From a virus: a stretch of DNA of 64,000 nucleotides. Location: positions 1 to 64,000 of IMG/VR virus record IMGVR_UViG_3300020048_003770, one strand, 5' to 3'. The notes under the pieces are model-generated. The model saw only the letters and a program-made list of their open reading frames with translations. It was not told the origin of the DNA and did not search any database. Shown piece by piece: positions 59,177 through 64,000 of this stretch. Numbering within the stretch: the first letter of the stretch is position 1; each line of letters opens with the position of its first letter. The position numbers and the translations under genes were made by a program.

Positions 59177-59719
59177 GTGAAAATAGTAAAAACAGCTAGT
59201 GGTAAGCAAAATATAAGATTGAGTAGAAGCGAATGGCAATCCATTGGAGAACGTGCTGGATGGATAAAAACAGCCAAACAGTATGAAGTCAGTTATTCTG
59301 TTGGTTTCTCCCCTGAAATAAAAAAGAAAACTGTTTTTGTCAATCCCTCCAAGCTTCCAGAAGGTGTTACAGAAAAAGATTTTATTGCTAAACAATTGAG
59401 CAAAAAAGAGGGGAAGAATGTAATTATAGTGAAATCAATACCGATAGGTTCTGTTAGTAAAAAGCATGGACCGAATGTAAAAGATTTGCAAAGGGCTCGT
59501 GGCGAAGAAATGAGGAAAGAACGCCAACGTATAAAAAACAGGGAAGACCATGAAAATTGGTTGAAACAGAAATTGAAAGAAAATGATTTGCCAGAAGATA
59601 TAGATGAGGAAAGAGCACTCCCATTGATTGAAGAATTCGAACAAGTTAAAGGATTGGGTGAAGAAGAAAAAGAACTTTCATTAATTGAACAATTGGAACG
59701 GAAAAAGAAAAACATATGA
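59177..59719 (+). CDS. KTA/AGW-leader protein 3
   Basis: Same leader. Confidence 0.75.
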   Translation: MKIVKTASGKQNIRLSRSEWQSIGERAGWIKTAKQYEVSYSVGFSPEIKKKTVFVNPSKLPEGVTEKDFIAKQLSKKEGKNVIIVKSIPIGSVSKKHGPNVKDLQRARGEEMRKERQRIKNREDHENWLKQKLKENDLPEDIDEERALPLIEEFEQVKGLGEEEKELSLIEQLERKKKNI

Positions 59720-60129
59720 AAATAACTAAAACAGCAAGCGGTAAACAAACGATTAAGATTTCCAAGAAAGAATGGGCAAGTATTGGTAAAAAAGCGGGTT
59801 GGTTGGATGGAGACGTTATGAAAGTTGTAAAAGAAGACATTCAGTATCAAGCCGCTCCATATGGTTATATCGCTACTATACCAAAAGGAACCGCCGTTGT
59901 ACCTGCATCTAATCTAGAGATGGGTGGATATTGGGCTGAAGAGTGGGATGGAATGGACGAAAAGGCAAGATCATGGTTGGATAATTATGGCTTTCATCTT
60001 TTAGAAAGCGATGTCGAAGATGTTGACGATACTTATCACTCAGAACCTAATCACCAAGATGTTTTAGATAGAAGAGCGGATGCAGAAGATGAGGCGGAAT
60101 ATAATAAATGGATGTCAGAACGAGGATAA
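59716..60129 (+). CDS. KTA/AGW-leader protein 4
   Basis: Same leader. Confidence 0.75.
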   Translation: MKITKTASGKQTIKISKKEWASIGKKAGWLDGDVMKVVKEDIQYQAAPYGYIATIPKGTAVVPASNLEMGGYWAEEWDGMDEKARSWLDNYGFHLLESDVEDVDDTYHSEPNHQDVLDRRADAEDEAEYNKWMSERG

Positions 60130-60209
60130 TTATTTAAAATAGTTCTTGATTTTAAAACAGAACAAGCCCTTGACATACTCCCCATGAATAAATTCAGGGG
60201 ATTCTAGGC

Positions 60210-61382
60210 TCAAGCGAGGGCAGCTTGACTCACGTCAAGTCTGACACCCTCTCGCCAGCAGGATGATGTCCCATCCTTTAAATCATTTAAACCTCTCTTA
60301 ACTATATTTATAGCTGCGTTCATATCTCTATTATGAGAAGTCAAACACTCAGGACAAACCCACTCTCTATCTTTTTGAGTTAATTCATTGTTCTTATATC
60401 CACAGGAACTGCATGTTTTCGTACTGGCAAACCATTTATCAATATGGTGAATAATTTTTCCATATTCCAAAGCTTTATTTTCCAATATTCCCATGAAATT
60501 AGAAAATCCAAGATCATTTATCTTCTTCCCATGTTCTTTTTTCATTGAACTGATATCCAAAGTTTCAAAAAACATAACATCATAAGTTTCACATAATTGT
60601 TTTGCAAGTTTGAAATGATAATCTAATCTTTTATTTGCAACTTTCTTATGTAATTTAGCCAATTGATGTTTTGCTTGTTGGTAATTATTTGAACCTTCAG
60701 TCTTTCTTGATAATGTCTTGTTCGCTTTGGATATCTTGTTTCTATTTTGTTTGAAAAATAGTGGAGCTTTTATTTTGGTTCCATCATCTTTAACTAGAAA
60801 ATCCGTACATCCGAAATCAAAGCCTGCGGTTTCACCCGTCATGGAAATTAATTCAGAATCATTTTCTAATTCGCAAACAATATAAACATACCAATCCTCT
60901 GATTTATCTTTTTTAAGTGTAATGCATTTTATTTCTCCTTTTGTTTCTCTTGATTTCCAGTATTTGTAAATTCTGTTATTTATTTTGATTTGGTTGAACG
61001 GCAATATTTTGTATCCATCTTGTTTGAAGGTAATGCTTGCATAGGATCTAACTTTTTTGAATGATGGAGGGCTTACTTTTCTAGTTTTGTTTTTCTTTTT
61101 GCAATTATCAAAGAATGCCTTGTATCCTTTTTGGATTCTATCTGTAATTTCTTGAATAGCTTGAGCGTTTACTTTTTTCCAGAATGAATATTTTTCTAAT
61201 TTTTTCAGTTTTGTGATATGTTTTTGGAGTTGAAATTTATTGAGGGATTTTCCGAATAGTTTGTAATATCTATAGTGGAGAGCGATGCAGTGGTTATAGA
61301 TATTGCCTGCTATTTTGGTTTGTTCATTCAGGAATTTGTTTTTCTTTGAATGATATAATTTATATTTGAATGTCTTTATCAT
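60210..61382 (-). CDS. tnpB: TnpB RNA-guided endonuclease
   Basis: KTFKYKL HTH, GFDFG, FFETL, HNRDMNAAINI, Zn ribbon. Confidence 0.94.
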   Translation of the reverse strand: MIKTFKYKLYHSKKNKFLNEQTKIAGNIYNHCIALHYRYYKLFGKSLNKFQLQKHITKLKKLEKYSFWKKVNAQAIQEITDRIQKGYKAFFDNCKKKNKTRKVSPPSFKKVRSYASITFKQDGYKILPFNQIKINNRIYKYWKSRETKGEIKCITLKKDKSEDWYVYIVCELENDSELISMTGETAGFDFGCTDFLVKDDGTKIKAPLFFKQNRNKISKANKTLSRKTEGSNNYQQAKHQLAKLHKKVANKRLDYHFKLAKQLCETYDVMFFETLDISSMKKEHGKKINDLGFSNFMGILENKALEYGKIIHHIDKWFASTKTCSSCGYKNNELTQKDREWVCPECLTSHNRDMNAAINIVKRGLNDLKDGTSSCWREGVRLDVSQAALA

Positions 61383-61539
61383 TATCTTTTAGAACCTTGA
61401 GGTATTTTTTCAGGAACATTTTAAATGCGCCTGAAATATTTATGGCGTAATTATTTTTAAGTTCTTCCATGGCGTCGAAGTCTTCTTGATTTAATCTGAA
61501 GGCATATGGGTATTGTTTTTTAACATAATTATTTTTCAT
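61360..61539 (-). CDS. Small ribbon-helix-helix-like protein (59 aa)
   Basis: MKNNYVKKQYPYAFRLNQEDFDAMEELKNNYAINISGAFKMFL..., overlaps tnpB start. Confidence 0.55.
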   Translation of the reverse strand: MKNNYVKKQYPYAFRLNQEDFDAMEELKNNYAINISGAFKMFLKKYLKVLKDNDKDIQI

Positions 61540-61682
61540 GTTTATTTATTCAATACTTTTCAAATAATTCCTTTATTTGTAAATGAGAAAATAATTTAAA
61601 ATAGTTCTTGATTATTAAAAGGAGTTATGTATAATGATTAGGAACATTAAATAGATTCGAGATTTGGAGAAGGAATAAAATT

Positions 61683-61760
61683 ATGTATATTAAAACGAAA
61701 ACAGTAGAAAAAGCAACGGTATTCAAAAAAACCGTTATGGGCTTATTCTGTTTTGTTTAA
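61683..61760 (+). CDS. Lys/Thr/Val-rich attenuator leader peptide MYIKTKTVEKATVFKKTVMGLFCFV
   Basis: 12 of codons 4-18 are K,T,V; followed by terminator and tRNA-Lys, -Val, -Thr, -Thr. Confidence 0.88.
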   Translation: MYIKTKTVEKATVFKKTVMGLFCFV

Positions 61761-61777
61761 GTACAAAATAGATTTTT

Positions 61778-61810
61778 AAAAGCCCGTAAGTGTTACTTGC
61801 GGGCTTTTTT
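61778..61810 (+). terminator. Attenuator terminator 5
   Basis: AAAAGCCCGTAAGT/ACTTGCGGGCTTTT; 5' arm pairs alternatively with TTATGGGCTT 61735-61744. Confidence 0.9.
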
Positions 61811-61847
61811 GTTTTATTTAATGGTAATTTGGGGGATAGAATAAAAT

Positions 61848-61922
61848 GGAAGTGTAGTTCAACGGTAGAACAACGGTCTTTTAAACCGTGAAATGATGGT
61901 TCGATTCCATCCACTTCTACCA
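61848..61922 (+). tRNA. tRNA-Lys(TTT)
   Basis: Arm ACGGT-CTTTTAA-ACCGT, CCA. Confidence 0.92.
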
Positions 61923-61964
61923 TTTTTAAAGGAAACGATAAGAAGGAATATGATATAATATAAT

Positions 61965-62038
61965 GGGCGATTAGTTCAATGGTAGAACTCTGTCTTTACA
62001 CGGCAGTTACGGGAGTTCGATTCTCTCATCGCCTACCA
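61965..62038 (+). tRNA. tRNA-Val(TAC)
   Basis: Arm CTGTC-TTTACAC-GGCAG, CCA. Confidence 0.92.
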
Positions 62039-62297
62039 TTTTAAAAAAGAAAGGGAGTTGTAATGAAAATATTAAATGTAGATACTAAGATCCACGAAGC
62101 GATAGGAATGACTATATTGACGAAAGAAGATGTCGCTAGCAGAAGATTGGGAGAACCTATGGAGATATGGCCGAAAGACTGTTCATTTAATCCATCGGGA
62201 ATCTCTTTGGAAGAAGCTAGAGGAGCAATGAGGAAAATGTAAAGAACATAGAGGGGAGAAGGTTGTAGTTGAAGAAATTAAAACATTATTTAAAAAC

Positions 62298-62373
62298 GCC
62301 GGTTTAGCTCAGTTGGTAGAGCAATAGTTTTGTAAACTATAGGTCGTCGGATCGTACCCGTCAACCGGCTCCA
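62298..62373 (+). tRNA. tRNA-Thr(TGT)
   Basis: GCCGGTT/AACCGGC, loop TTTGTAA, CCA. Confidence 0.92.
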
Positions 62374-62382
62374 TTTTTTAAT

Positions 62383-62458
62383 GCCACCATAGCTCAGTTG
62401 GTAGAGCAATAGTTTCGTAAACTTTAGGTCGCAGGTTCGATGCTTGCTGGTGGCTCCA
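62383..62458 (+). tRNA. tRNA-Thr(CGT)
   Basis: GCCACCA/TGGTGGC, loop TTCGTAA, CCA. Confidence 0.9.
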
Positions 62459-62581
62459 TAAAAGAAAATAACCGTATAAGATAAAAGATTTTAAAACGAT
62501 GGTATGGCGGAAAATGGTTATGCGCCTTACTTATTTTTATATTTATAAAGGATTTTTATTTTGTTTATAGAATAAATATTT

Positions 62582-63193
62582 ATGAATGAAATAAAAATAG
62601 AAAATATTCAAAAATATTATAATGACGGACATTCTTGGAGAGAAGTAATTGAAGAATTCCATACGGGCTGGAAAACGATACAGAAACTAGTTAGAAGTGG
62701 GAAGTTGATTTCTAGAAGTTTATCTGAGAGTACTAAGCTGGCATATAAAATTGGGAAAATAGTAAAAGTGCATACAGAAGAAAGTAAGAAGCATCTATCG
62801 GCAATTGCAAAGAAAAGGGGATTGGGTGGCGATAGACCGAGTAAGCATATTGAATATAACGGCTTTAAATTATGTTCGACATATGAATTGAGAGTTGCAA
62901 AAATTTTAGATAAAAGTGAAATAAAATGGATAAAACCAAAAACTACGTTTGGGTGGACTGATTTAAATAACGAAAAACACACATACCATCCGGACTTTTT
63001 TTTGCCGGATTTTAATGTCTATTTAGATCCGAAAAACAGTTATTGCATAGAAAGAGATAAAGAAAAAATTAAAAGGGTTAGAATGGAGAATATGGTTAGC
63101 GTTTTTATTATTCCGATAGAAGTTATAAAAAAATGGGAAAATAAAATAATAATAAGCATACAAGATATAAATCAAGATACGGAAGGTTTGTAG
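62582..63193 (+). CDS. PD-(D/E)xK homing-type endonuclease
   Basis: STYE, YHPDFFL..FNVYLDPK; N-terminal HTH and HTEESK repeat. Confidence 0.8.
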   Translation: MNEIKIENIQKYYNDGHSWREVIEEFHTGWKTIQKLVRSGKLISRSLSESTKLAYKIGKIVKVHTEESKKHLSAIAKKRGLGGDRPSKHIEYNGFKLCSTYELRVAKILDKSEIKWIKPKTTFGWTDLNNEKHTYHPDFFLPDFNVYLDPKNSYCIERDKEKIKRVRMENMVSVFIIPIEVIKKWENKIIISIQDINQDTEGL

Positions 63194-63220
63194 TTCTAAG
63201 GTGAAGGACATATGTCAAAA

Positions 63221-63264
63221 TTTGTAATAAGAACTATGGGGTTTCGATACCTCTGCCGGCTCCA
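63221..63264 (+). pseudogene. 3' half of a tRNA-Thr(TGT)-like gene; possible 5' half at 62498-62532
   Basis: TTTGTAA, T arm, TGCCGGC-T-CCA. Confidence 0.45.
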
Positions 63265-63270
63265 TTTTTT

Positions 63271-63390
63271 GCCAAAGATGCTTAGGAGTTCGATTCTCCT
63301 TCGTTCCATTTGACGGGACGGATGGTTCACAAAGTGCTACGGTGACACGGTTCGCTACTGTATCGGGTTCGATTCCCGACTTTGGCTCCA
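63271..63390 (+). ncRNA. Expanded tRNA-like RNA with two T-arm-like hairpins
   Basis: GCCAAAG/CTTTGGC-T-CCA; AGGAG-TTCGATT-CTCCT and TCGGG-TTCGATT-CCCGA. Confidence 0.6.
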
Positions 63391-63591
63391 TTTTTAGAGG
63401 AATGATATGAATATAAAAAACGAGATAGAACTTGATGCCGCCCTTGAACACATAAATGATAATTGGCATTTATTAGATATTCCAGATGATGCCGATTCTG
63501 AATTGGTTACTAAACGCGATAATCTTCTTAAATTAATTTATGATGCTGAAGAGTACGAGAAGAAATATGTTTTTGATTAATATAAGTGCAT

Positions 63592-63666
63592 GGATTGCAA
63601 GCTTTTATGGTGAAGCAATAGATTCTTAATCTTTGGAACGGGGTTCAAGTCCCTGGAGATCTACCA
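63592..63666 (+). tRNA. tRNA-Lys(CTT)
   Basis: Loop TTCTTAA, T loop TTCAAGT, CCA; imperfect stems. Confidence 0.72.
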
Positions 63667-64000
63667 ATTTTTATCTTGATTTTCTATTCCTCTTATTGTA
63701 TAATATAACATCGATTAGAATAATTATGGAAAGGGAAATTATGGAATTAAAATGTTTTGAAGATATTGATGAAATGATGACGATACCAGCAGGGCATTTT
63801 GTAAACCATGTTGATTTAGATTGTGATACTCCATATTGTCAAGTGTGTCGAGAAAGTGACATGAAAGATTTTGACGATAAGATATTCGTTCCGAAAGCAC
63901 TGGCGTATTATTTGCGGACTCATTTTTGTGGAAGTGAAAGAATGCATAAATCTCTTAAGGAAGACGGAAGAAGATCTTGTCAGAATGAAATAAAAGAAGC

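Larger units (their letters stand above)
60170..61590 (-). mobile_element. IS200/IS605-family TnpB element with small RHH gene, no tnpA
   Basis: Right end on minus strand GAATCCCCTGAATTTATTCATGGGGAGTATGTCAA; left boundary approximate. Confidence 0.7.

Noticed and set aside
59293-59850. Minus-strand 185-aa ORF and similar short antisense ORFs
   Set aside because: Shadows of well-supported plus-strand genes with no motifs.
1-64000. CRISPR array
   Set aside because: No regularly spaced direct repeats with unique spacers seen.
1-64000. Stop-codon reassignment
   Set aside because: Conserved genes are intact in the standard code and all three stops end genes; the CTA reading of the 210-289 loop fits worse than ACG.

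Overview
AT-rich, densely coding segment of a large (jumbo/huge) bacteriophage genome, mostly on the + strand and in the standard genetic code. Its host is probably Gram-negative (LpxR-like lipid A deacylase, outer-membrane barrel, lipoprotein). It carries about 20 tRNA or tRNA-like genes in six clusters, two IS200/IS605 TnpB elements, several HNH/GIY-YIG/PD-(D/E)xK nucleases, IF-3, dUTPase, ThyX, RecD2, PhoH2, a 10-gene glycosyl/methyltransferase cluster and proteins sharing a KTA/AGW targeting-like motif. Main discovery: all five tRNA clusters whose upstream region is visible are preceded by an unannotated 25-30 codon leader ORF, a mutually exclusive antiterminator/terminator pair, and then tRNAs matching the amino acids, and even the codons, enriched in that leader (N/Q; I/H/P/E; F; I[ATA]/G/A; K/T/V). 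This looks like ribosome-coupled attenuation that switches on phage tRNAs when the matching host tRNAs are depleted. A second notable locus (49.4-56.1 kb) joins a ubiquitin-like system (Ubl, JAB, candidate E2, E1/ThiF) to a Ro60/TROVE-vWA protein and tRNA-mimicking Y-like RNAs in circularly permuted forms. Other oddities are tRNAs with the anticodon arm nested in the D arm, and a TnpB whose predicted guide matches the neighbouring attenuator at 15/16 nt. All calls are by eye; no searches or folding programs were run.
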